64,000 nucleotides of DNA, taken from positions 5,055 to 69,054 of the forward strand of contig JBGAOY010000012.1 in the NCBI GenBank assembly GCA_044221555.1. The letters run 5' to 3'. Positions 33,916-42,745 of the stretch are shown here, piece by piece. Position 1 is the stretch's first letter, and every line of letters starts with the position of its first letter. The notes beneath the pieces were generated by a model. The model was not told the origin of the DNA. It did not search any database and was given only the letters and a program-made list of their open reading frames with translations. Position numbers and translations under genes: made by a program. The DNA is from Acidimicrobiales bacterium (GTDB lineage Bacteria; Actinomycetota; Acidimicrobiia; Acidimicrobiales; DATDAH01).

Positions 33916-34791
33916 ATGGGCCCTGATCTCGACGTCTCCCCGCCGGCGGGGGACGACGACCTCGTGGCCCGCCTGCAGGGGCTCGCCGCGGCCCCGGTGC
34001 CACCGGCGACGGCGCGTGCGCACCTCGGGGCGATCGAACGACAGGCGGGTGCCCGCCGCCGTCGCCGCCGGGCCGCCCTCGCCGGTGTCGCCGGCGCCGG
34101 CCTGCTGCTCGGGTCCACCAGCCTGGCCGCGGCCGGGGTGCTGCCCGCACCGGCGCAGACCGCGATGCACCAGACGCTCGAGCACATCGGCATCGAGGTG
34201 CCCGCCGCCCGCCGGACAGTCGCTCCGAGGCACCCGCAGGCGCGGCCGGAGCCCGCGGGAGCGGCCGCGACGGGCGACCCGACCCGGCCGGGCCGACCGG
34301 GCGGGGCGGGCGTGGGCGACCCGGAACGCCAGGGCCCGGGGCGCTCGGGTGCGTCGGGCCGCCCGGCGGGCGCGCGCGGGGCGACCGCGGCCTCGACGCC
34401 GGCGGCCCCGGGTGGCGCCGGTCCCTCCGGTCCCGCCCCGACGGCGGGGCCGACGGGTGCGACCGCCACTGCGGGGGCCGGCGGGCCGGCGGGCTCGGTG
34501 CCCCCACCGGCACCGCGAGCCGGATCGTCGTCGAACCCGGCGCCCGCACCGCCGCCTGACGCACCCACCGGTGGACGTCCGCCGGCAGGTGGCTCGCCGG
34601 TGGGTGGCTCGACAGGAGGAGGGGCGCCCGCGCCCAGACCGTCCTCGCCCGGACCGACCGGCAGTGGCGCGCCAACATCCCCGCCAACATCTCCTCCATC
34701 TCCGCGGACGGCTCCGCCGGGCGGGGCGGGGCCCGACGGAGGCGGGGCCGGGAGCACCGGGGCGCCGCTCGAGGGGACCGCGACACCATGA
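33916..34791 (+). CDS. single-pass membrane protein with long Pro/Gly-rich tail (possible anti-sigma/sigma-associated protein)
   Basis: Good GC3 in the N-terminal 100 codons. TM segment ALAGVAGAGLLLGSTSLAAAGVL. ATGA overlap with the ECF sigma gene. The low-complexity tail makes the frame less certain. Confidence 0.5.
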   Translation: MGPDLDVSPPAGDDDLVARLQGLAAAPVPPATARAHLGAIERQAGARRRRRRAALAGVAGAGLLLGSTSLAAAGVLPAPAQTAMHQTLEHIGIEVPAARRTVAPRHPQARPEPAGAAATGDPTRPGRPGGAGVGDPERQGPGRSGASGRPAGARGATAASTPAAPGGAGPSGPAPTAGPTGATATAGAGGPAGSVPPPAPRAGSSSNPAPAPPPDAPTGGRPPAGGSPVGGSTGGGAPAPRPSSPGPTGSGAPTSPPTSPPSPRTAPPGGAGPDGGGAGSTGAPLEGTATP

Positions 34792-35447
34792 CCGGAACGG
34801 TCACCGACCTCGGCCGACGGCCCGCAGACGGGCTCGGGACGCCCGCACCGGGCCCGCTCGACCCGCCCCCACCGGCACCTGAGCGGGCCGGCACGGGGCC
34901 GCTGCGGGCCACCGCCGGGTCCGAGGCGGGGTTCGAGGCGGGGTTCGAGGCCGACGCGGCCACGGCCTACCGCGAGCTGGCGCCGGCGGTGCTGGGCTAC
35001 CTGCGGGCCCGGCGCGTGCCCGATCCCGAGGACGTGCTCGGCGAGGTCTTCCTGCAGGTCAGCCGCGACCTCGACCGGTTCCACGGTGATGCCACCGACC
35101 TGCGTCGGTGGGTCTTCACCATCGCCCACAACCGCATGACCGACGCCTTCCGCCGGCGCTCACGCCGGCCCCGCATCGTCGATCGGCGCCCTCCCGCCGC
35201 GGTGGCACCGCCGGCCCCCGACCCGGTCGACGACGAGTTGATCGCCGCCCTCGCCGAGCTGGGTGACGACCAGCGCGAGGTGGTGGTGCTCCGCTTCGTC
35301 GCCGACCTGTCGCTCGAGGACGTGGCCGCCATCACCGGCCGCACCGCCAACGCGGTGAAGGCCATGCAGCACCGCGCCCTGGCCAACCTCCGGCGCACGC
35401 TCACCGAGCACTCGTCACGATCGGAAGGGCTCGTGCGCGCTGGGTAG
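34788..35447 (+). CDS. ECF-type RNA polymerase sigma-70 factor
   Basis: Region 2 DVLGEVFLQVSRDLDRFHGDATDLRRWVFTIAHNRMTDAFRR. Region 4 LGDDQREVVVLRFVADLSLEDVAAITGRTANAVKAMQHRAL. Confidence 0.85.
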   Translation: MTGTVTDLGRRPADGLGTPAPGPLDPPPPAPERAGTGPLRATAGSEAGFEAGFEADAATAYRELAPAVLGYLRARRVPDPEDVLGEVFLQVSRDLDRFHGDATDLRRWVFTIAHNRMTDAFRRRSRRPRIVDRRPPAAVAPPAPDPVDDELIAALAELGDDQREVVVLRFVADLSLEDVAAITGRTANAVKAMQHRALANLRRTLTEHSSRSEGLVRAG

Positions 35448-35456
35448 CCTCCGGCG

Positions 35457-36704
35457 GTGGACCTCAGCGGGGTGGACCTCACCGACCTCGACCTGTTCGC
35501 CTCCGGCTTCCCTCACGACGTGTTCACCGCGCTGCGCCGCGAGCGACCGGTGTTCTGGCACCCGCCGACGCCCCACGCACCGGGCGACGAGGGCTTCTGG
35601 GTGATCACCCGCCACGCCGACGTGCTCCGGGTGCTGCACGACCACGAGGCGTTCTCGTCGGAGACCGGTCCTGGCCGGGTGGGGGGCGGCACCACGCTCG
35701 ACGACCTGCCGCCGGGCCTGGTCACGGGCGTGATGCTGAACATGTCCGACCCGCCGACCCACACCCGCATCCGGGCCCTGGTCAACCGGGCGTTCACGCC
35801 CCGCGCCGTCGACCGGCTGGGTCCGTGGCTGCAGGAGCGCACCGCGACCATCCTCGACACGGTGGCTGCGCGCGGCTCGTGTGACTTCCTGGTCGACGTG
35901 GCCGCCGAGCTGCCCCTGCAGACGATCGCCACGATGATGGGCGTGCCGCAGCACGACCGGCACCAGCTGTTCGCATGGACCTCGACCATCCTGGACTACC
36001 GGGACCGCGACCTCACGGGGATGAGCGACGAGCTGGCGGTGGCGGGCATCGGGTTGCGGTCGTACGGCGACGAGATGATCGCGGCCCGCCGGGTCGAGCC
36101 CACCGACGACCTCTTCTCGCAGGTGGTGCACGCGGAGGCGGACGACGGCTCCGGTGCGCTGTCCGACGCGGAGCTGCAGGCGTTCTTCAGCCTGCTGTTC
36201 ACCGCGGGGAGCGAGACCACCCGCAACTCGATCGCCGGGGGACTGCTGGCGCTCATCGAGCACCCCGACCAGCAGGCGCGGCTGCGCGCCGACCCGTCGC
36301 TGATGCCCACGGCGGTCGAGGAGATCCTGCGCTGGACCAGCGCCACCGCCTACAACCGCCGCACCGCCACTCGCGACGTCGAGATCGCGGGCCACCCCAT
36401 CCGGGCCGGCGACAAGACCACCCACTGGTACCCGTCGGCCAACCGTGACGAGGCGGCGTTCGCCGACCCGTTCCGATTCGACGTCGGCCGCGACCCCAAT
36501 CCCCATGTCGCGTTCGGGCACGGCCTGCACCACTGCCTCGGGGCGCCGCTGGCCCGGCGGGAGATCGCGGTGGTCATCGGTGCGGTGCTGGAGCGGTTCG
36601 ACGACCTCGCCCTGGACGGCCCGGTCGAGTGGGGCCGCAGCAACAAGCACACCAGCCTGCGACATCTGCCGGTCGCCTTCCGGCCCCGGTTACCCGTTCG
36701 ATGA
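35457..36704 (+). CDS. cytochrome P450
   Basis: TAGSETTRN, EEILRW, and heme loop FGHGLHHCLGAPLARRE. Confidence 0.9.
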   Translation: MDLSGVDLTDLDLFASGFPHDVFTALRRERPVFWHPPTPHAPGDEGFWVITRHADVLRVLHDHEAFSSETGPGRVGGGTTLDDLPPGLVTGVMLNMSDPPTHTRIRALVNRAFTPRAVDRLGPWLQERTATILDTVAARGSCDFLVDVAAELPLQTIATMMGVPQHDRHQLFAWTSTILDYRDRDLTGMSDELAVAGIGLRSYGDEMIAARRVEPTDDLFSQVVHAEADDGSGALSDAELQAFFSLLFTAGSETTRNSIAGGLLALIEHPDQQARLRADPSLMPTAVEEILRWTSATAYNRRTATRDVEIAGHPIRAGDKTTHWYPSANRDEAAFADPFRFDVGRDPNPHVAFGHGLHHCLGAPLARREIAVVIGAVLERFDDLALDGPVEWGRSNKHTSLRHLPVAFRPRLPVR

Positions 36705-37876
36705 CGGTTCGGGCTGTCGCGCCCCGCGGTGTCGCCGGCCGGGTCGCCGTGGTGCTGATCGCCCTGCTGGCCACCCTCGCCGCGTCCGGCTGCGGCGACG
36801 ACCGCCACCCGGCCGGCGCCGACCAGGAGGGTGCCGGGCCCGACGGCGTGACCACCACGGCGCCGGCGTTCGTCCCCGACCACCCCGCCCCCGCCGACGC
36901 ACCGGCTGCGGTCGCCCGCCTGGTCGCCGACGAGGGCCCCGACGACGAGCCGGGCTGCGCCGTGAGCCTGGTGGTGCAGGGCGAGGTGGTGTTCGAGGGT
37001 GGGTACGGCACCGCCGACCTGTCGACGGGCGTGCCGATCGACGAGCGGACCACGTTCGACATCGCCTCCGTGTCGAAGCAGTTCACCGCCGCGGCGGTGT
37101 ACCTGCTCGCCGAGGCCGGCGACCTGTCGCTCGACGACGACATCGGTGACCACGTGCCCGAGTTGCCCGACTACGGCGTGCCCGTGACCCTGGACGACCT
37201 GGTGCACCACACCAGCGGGCTCGTCGACTACACGGAGCTGCTCGGCGAGGACTTCTCCGACACGGACGTCACCACCACCGCGCAGGCCCTCGACGCGCTC
37301 GCCGCGGTCCCTGACCTGAACTTCGACCCGGGGAGCCGGTTCGAGTACTCGAACAGCAACTACTTCCTGCTCGGCCTGGTGGTCGAGCAGGTGGACGGGC
37401 GCACGCTGGCCGACTTCCTGGCCGACGAGGTGTTCGCGCCGCTGGGGATGGACCAGACGATCGTGCGTGACGATGCCGATCTGGTGGTGGCCGACGGCGC
37501 CGAGGGCTACGTCGCCGACGACGAGGGCGGGTTCGAGCCCGACACCACGAACTGGGAGCAGGCGGGCGACGGCGCGGTGTGGACCAGCGTGCGCGACCTG
37601 CAGCGGTGGGCGGCCAACCTGAGCACGTTCGAGGTGGGCGGCCCGGACCTGCGACGCGACCTGCTCGCGCCCGGCCCGGTGCTGGACGACGGCCTGGGGT
37701 ACGGGGGTGGCCTGACGCTGTTGCCCGGGGGTCGGGTCGAGCACTCGGGTGCGTGGGCCGGGTTCGTGTCGGAACTGCTCGTCGACCCCCGAGAGCGCAC
37801 CTCGGTGGCGGTGCTGTGCAACCGGGACGACGGCGATGCCTACGGGCTCGCCGAGGAGGTGCTGGCCCTGGTGTAG
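36701..37876 (+). CDS. beta-lactamase-fold serine hydrolase, lipoprotein
   Basis: ATG 36701 overlaps the P450 TGA (ATGA). Lipobox LAASGC. Active-site motif SVSK in FDIASVSKQFTAAAV. Confidence 0.85.
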   Translation: MTVRAVAPRGVAGRVAVVLIALLATLAASGCGDDRHPAGADQEGAGPDGVTTTAPAFVPDHPAPADAPAAVARLVADEGPDDEPGCAVSLVVQGEVVFEGGYGTADLSTGVPIDERTTFDIASVSKQFTAAAVYLLAEAGDLSLDDDIGDHVPELPDYGVPVTLDDLVHHTSGLVDYTELLGEDFSDTDVTTTAQALDALAAVPDLNFDPGSRFEYSNSNYFLLGLVVEQVDGRTLADFLADEVFAPLGMDQTIVRDDADLVVADGAEGYVADDEGGFEPDTTNWEQAGDGAVWTSVRDLQRWAANLSTFEVGGPDLRRDLLAPGPVLDDGLGYGGGLTLLPGGRVEHSGAWAGFVSELLVDPRERTSVAVLCNRDDGDAYGLAEEVLALV

Positions 37877-37943
37877 CCGAGCCGTTACGGACCGGCGCGA
37901 CCTGGCCTAGTGTCGTCCCCACTGTCGTCGGAGGGAGGGCCGG

Positions 37944-38384
37944 ATGGCCGAGAGTCGCGCAGAAGGTCGGCCGGGCCCGTTCGGTGCCGGTCGCGCCATG
38001 GCCGAGGGTGTGGTCCACCAGATCGTGAACGGCGTGGTCCGCGAGCTCGACGTGAACGCCATCGTCGGACAGGTCGACATCGACGCCCTGCTCGAGCGCA
38101 TCGACATCGATGCGTTGCTGGAGCGCATCGACATCGACGGCATCGTCCAGCGGGTCGACCTGCAGGCGCTCATGGCCGACATCGGCCTCGAGGACATCGT
38201 GCGGCAGTCCACCGGCGTGCTGGCCAGCGACTCGGTGAAGCTGGTGCGGGTGCGCACGATGAACGGCGACGTGCTCCTGAGCCGGTTCGTCGACCGCATC
38301 CTGCACCGCAGCACGTCTCGCTACCCGGCGCTGCCGGCCGCCGAGGGGGCGACCGCCGCCGTCACCGAGGCCGTCGCGACATGA
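37944..38384 (+). CDS. hypothetical protein with six tandem nonapeptide repeats
   Basis: Six 27-nt in-frame repeats span 38046..38207: LDVNAIVGQ VDIDALLER IDIDALLER IDIDGIVQR VDLQALMAD IGLEDIVRQ. Confidence 0.6.
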   Translation: MAESRAEGRPGPFGAGRAMAEGVVHQIVNGVVRELDVNAIVGQVDIDALLERIDIDALLERIDIDGIVQRVDLQALMADIGLEDIVRQSTGVLASDSVKLVRVRTMNGDVLLSRFVDRILHRSTSRYPALPAAEGATAAVTEAVAT

Positions 38385-38445
38385 GTCCGAGGGACGAGGG
38401 CGTGGCCCGAGCGGCCCATGAGCGCAGCGAACAGGAGCGGGGAGC
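38382..38445 (+). repeat. copy of the dispersed repeat filling the whole intergenic spacer
   Basis: It starts with the TGA of the upstream gene (TGAGTCCGAGGGACGAGGGCGTGGCCCGAGCGGCCC). It ends ATGAGCGCAGCGAACAGGAGCGGGGAGC immediately before ATG 38446. Confidence 0.7.
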
Positions 38446-38925
38446 ATGAGCCCGCTCGCGGCGGTCGAGATCTCTCCACGGCACGGCCAACCCGCGGGCA
38501 TCGTGTCGCGCGGCTCCGCCGCGCTGGTCGACTTCGGGGTGGTGTGGGTGATCAGCGGGGCCATCACCCTCAGCATCAACCTCGTGCAGTCCGTCCTCGG
38601 CAACGACACGGCCGACAACGGCTACGACCTCTCGGCCATCGGGGCGCTGCTCGCCGGCGCCGCGCTGCTGTTCCTGTACCTCGCCATCTGCTGGATCGTC
38701 GGCGGGCGGACGCTGGGCCAACTGCTGCTCGGACTCCGGGTCCGGCGGGTTGGCGGCCAACGCATCGGGTTCCTGCAGGCCATCGCCCGGGCGTGGATGG
38801 CGACGTACCTCCTGGTGCTGCTGTTCTGGTCGGTCGTGTCCCGTCGCGGCGCCGCGGTCTGGGACGTCGTGCTCCAGACCGAGGTGGTCTACGACTGGAC
38901 CAAGGCCGAGCCCCACCCGAAGTAG
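38446..38925 (+). CDS. RDD family membrane protein
   Basis: Three hydrophobic segments and the GRTLGQLLLGLRV motif typical of RDD proteins. Confidence 0.7.
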   Translation: MSPLAAVEISPRHGQPAGIVSRGSAALVDFGVVWVISGAITLSINLVQSVLGNDTADNGYDLSAIGALLAGAALLFLYLAICWIVGGRTLGQLLLGLRVRRVGGQRIGFLQAIARAWMATYLLVLLFWSVVSRRGAAVWDVVLQTEVVYDWTKAEPHPK

Positions 38926-38948
38926 CGCCGACGGGGTAGGAGCGGTCC

Positions 38949-39863
38949 GTGAAGTGGCAGCGGGGGACCCGCGGCGACAACGTCAGCGACCGGCGCGCCT
39001 CCACCCGGGGCCGAGGTGGCGTGGGTGGCCTACCGCTGCCCGCCGGCAAGGGCGGCCTGGCCATGCTGGTCGTCGTGGTGGTGCTCGCGCTGCTGGGAGG
39101 CGGCTCGCTGCTCGGCCAGGGAGGCGGTGGCGACCCGTCGGGTGCCGGGGTCGACCTCGACGACATCCTGGTCGACCTCGGCGAGGCCGCGTCCGCGCCG
39201 TCGGGTGCCGACGACCAGGTCCCCGGCGCGCCGGATCCCGAGGCCGAGCTGGTCGACTTCACCAAGTACGTGGTGAACGACGTGAACGCGACCTGGGCCG
39301 AGATCTTCGCCCAGGCCGGCGACGACTATCGCGACGCCCATCTGGTCCTGTTCCGCGACGGCGTGTCGACCGGGTGCGGCGCCGCGTCGTCCGCGGTCGG
39401 GCCGTTCTACTGCCCGCCGGACGAGACGGCCTACCTCGACCTGGGGTTCTTCCGCGAGCTCAACGGTCGCTTCGATGCCCCCGGCGACTTCGCCCAGGCC
39501 TACGTGATCGCCCACGAGCTCGGCCACCACGTCCAGAACGTGCTGGGCATCAGCGACGACGTGAGCCGACAGCAGGCCGCGGACCCCGACCGGGCCAACG
39601 AGCTGTCGGTGCGCCTCGAGCTCCAGGCCGACTGCTTCGCCGGCGTCTGGGGCCACTCGGTCTACAACCGTGGGGTCCTCGAGGACGGCGACCTCCAGGA
39701 GGGCCTCACCGCCGCCGCGGCCGTCGGCGACGACCGCATCCAGGAGTCCGCCGGCGTCGACGTGAACCCCGAGACGTGGACCCACGGCTCCGCCGAGCAG
39801 CGCCAGGAGTGGTTCAACAAGGGCTTCGACACCGGCGACGTCACCGCCTGCGACACGTTCTGA
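38949..39863 (+). CDS. YpfJ-family neutral zinc metallopeptidase
   Basis: N-terminal WQRGTRGDNVSDRR plus a TM segment, FAQAYVIAHELGHHVQN (HExxH) and ELQADCFAGVW. Confidence 0.85.
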   Translation: MKWQRGTRGDNVSDRRASTRGRGGVGGLPLPAGKGGLAMLVVVVVLALLGGGSLLGQGGGGDPSGAGVDLDDILVDLGEAASAPSGADDQVPGAPDPEAELVDFTKYVVNDVNATWAEIFAQAGDDYRDAHLVLFRDGVSTGCGAASSAVGPFYCPPDETAYLDLGFFRELNGRFDAPGDFAQAYVIAHELGHHVQNVLGISDDVSRQQAADPDRANELSVRLELQADCFAGVWGHSVYNRGVLEDGDLQEGLTAAAAVGDDRIQESAGVDVNPETWTHGSAEQRQEWFNKGFDTGDVTACDTF

Positions 39864-39898
39864 ACCGCTCCTCGGCTGACGCCTCATCGCATCGTCAA

Positions 39899-40053
39899 GG
39901 CTCCGCTCGTCCCTCGCTTCGCCGCACCTCTGGGCGCCGCTACCGCCCTCGCCGCACCCTGGCTGAACCGCTCAGGGGTGGGTCACGTGGCGGAGCGGAG
40001 CGGAGCCGCTGCGATCACGAACCGGATGCCGAAGGCACGGCGACGAAGGAGCC
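39899..40053. repeat. imperfect inverted pair of the 88-bp repeat family between convergent genes
   Basis: Forward partial copy GGCTCCGCTCGTCCCTCGCTTCGCCGCACC (39899..39928). Inverted copy GTCACGTGGCGGAGCGGAGCGGAGCCGCTGCG...CGACGAAGGAGCC (39982..40053). Compare the unit at 63757..63844. Confidence 0.7.
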
Positions 40054-40054
40054 G

Positions 40055-41497
40055 TCAGCGTGATGCGTGGGCGTCGAGGACGTGTGCCACCGCCGCGGAG
40101 ATGCCCTTGGCCATCGGCACGTCGAGGAACTCGTTGGGGCCGTGGGCGTTCGAGCCGGGGCCCAGCACGCCGAGCACCAGGAACTGGGCGTCGGGGAAGC
40201 GCTGGCCGAGCATGGCCATGAACGGGATGGTGCCGCCCTCGCCCATGGCCGCCGCGGGCTGGCCGAAGGCCGCTTGGGAAGCGGCCTCGATGGCGGGCGC
40301 CAGCCAGTCGGCGGTGGGCGGGGCGTTCCACCCGGTGGCGGCCCAGTCGCCCTGCACCTCGACGGTGGCGCCGTAGGGCGGGTCGGCGGTGACGGCCTCG
40401 GTGGCCGCGGCCAGGGCGCCGGCGGCGTCGCAGGTCGGGGGCAGGCGCACCGACACGTTCACCGCGGTGACGGGGCGCAGCACGTTGCCGGCGTCCTCGA
40501 TGGAGGGCAGGCCGTCGGCGCCGATGATCTCCACCGCCGGCCGCCAGGTGGCGTTGAGGAGGAGCTCGGCGGGCGTGCCGTCGACGGGGCGGGCGCCGCC
40601 GGTGAAGGGGAACCGCTGCCAGATGCCGTCGCCGAGGACGGCGGCGGCGGCGTCGGCCTGCGCCACCCGCTCGTCGGGGATGGGGGTGTGGAACGCGGGC
40701 AGGCGCACCTCGCCGGTGTCGACGTCCTCGAGCCGGTCGAGCAGCTGGCGCACCACCCGGAAGGTGGAGGGGACGATGCCGCTGGCGCCCGAGTGCACGC
40801 CCTCGGTGAGCAGGCGCACCGACAGGGTGAAGCCGGCGAGGCCGCGGAGCGACGTGGTGGTCCAGAGCCGGTCGTAGGTGCCGCAGCCCGAGTCGAGGCA
40901 GACCACCAGGCTGACCGCACCGAGGCGGTCGCCGAGCGCCTCGACGTGGGCCTCGAGGTCGGGGCTGCCGCTCTCCTCGGACGCCTCGATGACCACCAGG
41001 CAGCGGCGGTGGGCGCCACCGTGGCGCTGCACGGCCTCGATCGCGGTGAGGGCGGCGAAGATCGAGTAGCCGTCGTCGGCGCCACCCCGGCCGTAGAGGC
41101 GGTCGCCGTCGAGCACCGGCGACCAGGGACCCAGCCCGTCACGCCAGCCCACCATGGGCGGCTGCTTGTCGAGGTGGCCGTAGAGCAGCACGGTGTCGGG
41201 TGCCCCGCCGTCTCCGCCGCCGGTGTCGGCGCCCTCGCCCTGGGCGGGCACCTCCATCACGATGAGCGGCGTGCGCCCCGGCAGAGTGGCCACCTCGACG
41301 GTGAGGCCCTCGATCTCCTGCGCCCGGGCCCAGTCGTCGAGGAGCGTGACGGCGGTCTGCATGTGCCCGTGGGCCTCCCACTCGGGGTCGAACGCCGGCG
41401 ACACGTTGGGGATGGCGATGTAGTCGTGCAGCAGCGGGACGACGGTGGCGTCCCAGCGGTCGGCGACGAAGGCGGTGAGCTCGGCGGGCAGCGGCAT
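40055..41497 (-). CDS. M20/M25/M40 family metallohydrolase (dipeptidase-like)
   Basis: VLLYGHLDKQPP, VIEASEESGSPDL and NAHGPNEF are typical M20 dipeptidase segments. Confidence 0.8.
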   Translation of the reverse strand: MPLPAELTAFVADRWDATVVPLLHDYIAIPNVSPAFDPEWEAHGHMQTAVTLLDDWARAQEIEGLTVEVATLPGRTPLIVMEVPAQGEGADTGGGDGGAPDTVLLYGHLDKQPPMVGWRDGLGPWSPVLDGDRLYGRGGADDGYSIFAALTAIEAVQRHGGAHRRCLVVIEASEESGSPDLEAHVEALGDRLGAVSLVVCLDSGCGTYDRLWTTTSLRGLAGFTLSVRLLTEGVHSGASGIVPSTFRVVRQLLDRLEDVDTGEVRLPAFHTPIPDERVAQADAAAAVLGDGIWQRFPFTGGARPVDGTPAELLLNATWRPAVEIIGADGLPSIEDAGNVLRPVTAVNVSVRLPPTCDAAGALAAATEAVTADPPYGATVEVQGDWAATGWNAPPTADWLAPAIEAASQAAFGQPAAAMGEGGTIPFMAMLGQRFPDAQFLVLGVLGPGSNAHGPNEFLDVPMAKGISAAVAHVLDAHASR

Positions 41498-41588
41498 CGC
41501 ACCAGCCTGCCTCAGTGGGCCGAGGGGGGTTCAATGCCGCCCGCTCGTCGGCCGATAGGTACCCGACGTCGGGACCGGGAGGCCACCC

Positions 41589-41912
41589 ATGCCCATGGAG
41601 GGCAGCTCCGAGGAGTACGAGAAGCTCACCCTTGCGGCCTTGAAGAAGGCCGCCTCGCCCGACTCGGACGCCACGTACCACAACAACCGGGCGGCGATCT
41701 TCGCCAGCCTGGCCATGGCGGCGGCCTCCGCCGAGATGGCCGACGCGCTGACGCGGATGTCGGGCCTGCCGACGGGCCGCCCGTCGGCGCCCACGCCCAC
41801 AGCGAGGCCCGGGTCGTCGTCGGCACCGCCGTCGCCGGCGCCGGCCCGTTCGCCCGAACGCCCTCGCCGGCCAGAGCCGGGCACCGCCATCGTGCCCCGC
41901 GCGCCCGACTGA
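41589..41912 (+). CDS. hypothetical small protein with Pro-rich tail
   Basis: Very high GC3 through the frame. GGGAGG SD 6 nt upstream of the ATG. No recognisable motif. Confidence 0.55.
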   Translation: MPMEGSSEEYEKLTLAALKKAASPDSDATYHNNRAAIFASLAMAAASAEMADALTRMSGLPTGRPSAPTPTARPGSSSAPPSPAPARSPERPRRPEPGTAIVPRAPD

Positions 41913-41938
41913 GGGGCGGCGGGCGGTAGGAATAGCGG

Positions 41939-42649
41939 GTGAGCTCGCGCACCCGCACCGTGCTGGGCCTGTTCGCCGTGTTGGTGGTGGGTGCGCTGGT
42001 GGCGAAGTTGGTGTTCGCGGAACCCGATCGGGTGCTCCTGGCCGGCGACTCGATCCTGCGCCAGACCGGGCCCGCCCTGGACGACACCTTCGGCAGCGAC
42101 GTCGAGATCGACAACCGAGCGGTGAACAACTCGGGCCTGCTCACGCCGGGCTACGTCGACTGGGTGCGGCGGCTCGAGCGGCAGGTGGCCGACGACGACC
42201 CCGAGGTGATCGTCTTCCTCTTCATCGGCAACTACACCGACACCGACTTCTGGGTGGACGAGGACGGCAACGAGGTGGCGATCAACACGCCCGAGTTCTT
42301 CGACGCCTGGGGGCGGCAGGCCGACCGGCTGATGCAGGTGCTCGACGATGCCGGCTCCGAGGCGAAGGTGTACTGGGTGCTCCCGCCGCCGGAGTACTCG
42401 GCGCAGAACCAGGAGATCACCGCCGGCCTGCGCCAGGTGTACACCGACCTGGCCGAGCGGTGGCCTCAGATCACCCTCATCGACGCCAACGACGCGCTCG
42501 CGGGCCCGAACGGGGAGTACCTCGCGTCCACCACCAATCGCCAGGGCGAGGTGGTGCCGCTCCGGGTGCCCGACACCGTCCACCTCACCGATGCCGGCGC
42601 CCGCCGCCTCGCCCACGTCATCCACGACGCCATCGACCAGGACCTCTGA
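41939..42649 (+). CDS. SGNH/GDSL-like hydrolase, membrane-anchored or secreted
   Basis: N-terminal TM segment. Block I LLAGDSIL. C-terminal DTVHLTDAGARRLA (DxxH block V). Confidence 0.7.
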   Translation: MSSRTRTVLGLFAVLVVGALVAKLVFAEPDRVLLAGDSILRQTGPALDDTFGSDVEIDNRAVNNSGLLTPGYVDWVRRLERQVADDDPEVIVFLFIGNYTDTDFWVDEDGNEVAINTPEFFDAWGRQADRLMQVLDDAGSEAKVYWVLPPPEYSAQNQEITAGLRQVYTDLAERWPQITLIDANDALAGPNGEYLASTTNRQGEVVPLRVPDTVHLTDAGARRLAHVIHDAIDQDL

Positions 42650-42667
42650 AGCGCCGAGCGCGTCGGC

Positions 42668-42725
42668 CGCCGAACTGGCGCCCGATCCGGTGGCCAGGAC
42701 CGCAGCATCAGGCGCCAGTTCGGCG
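42668..42725 (+). terminator. 15-bp perfect inverted repeat downstream of the SGNH gene
   Basis: CGCCGAACTGGCGCC (42668..42682) pairs with GGCGCCAGTTCGGCG (42711..42725). 28-nt loop, no U-tract. It could equally be an operator for the next gene. Confidence 0.35.
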
Positions 42726-42745
42726 ACGTAGGGCTATCGCCGGCG

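Noticed and set aside
33749-34963. N-terminal ~400 codons of the longest peroxidase ORF.
   Set aside because: It is low-complexity Pro/Arg/Ala sequence that overlaps the plus-strand membrane protein and the 5' part of the ECF sigma gene. An internal ATG with a strong SD and a signal peptide starts the recognisable peroxidase.
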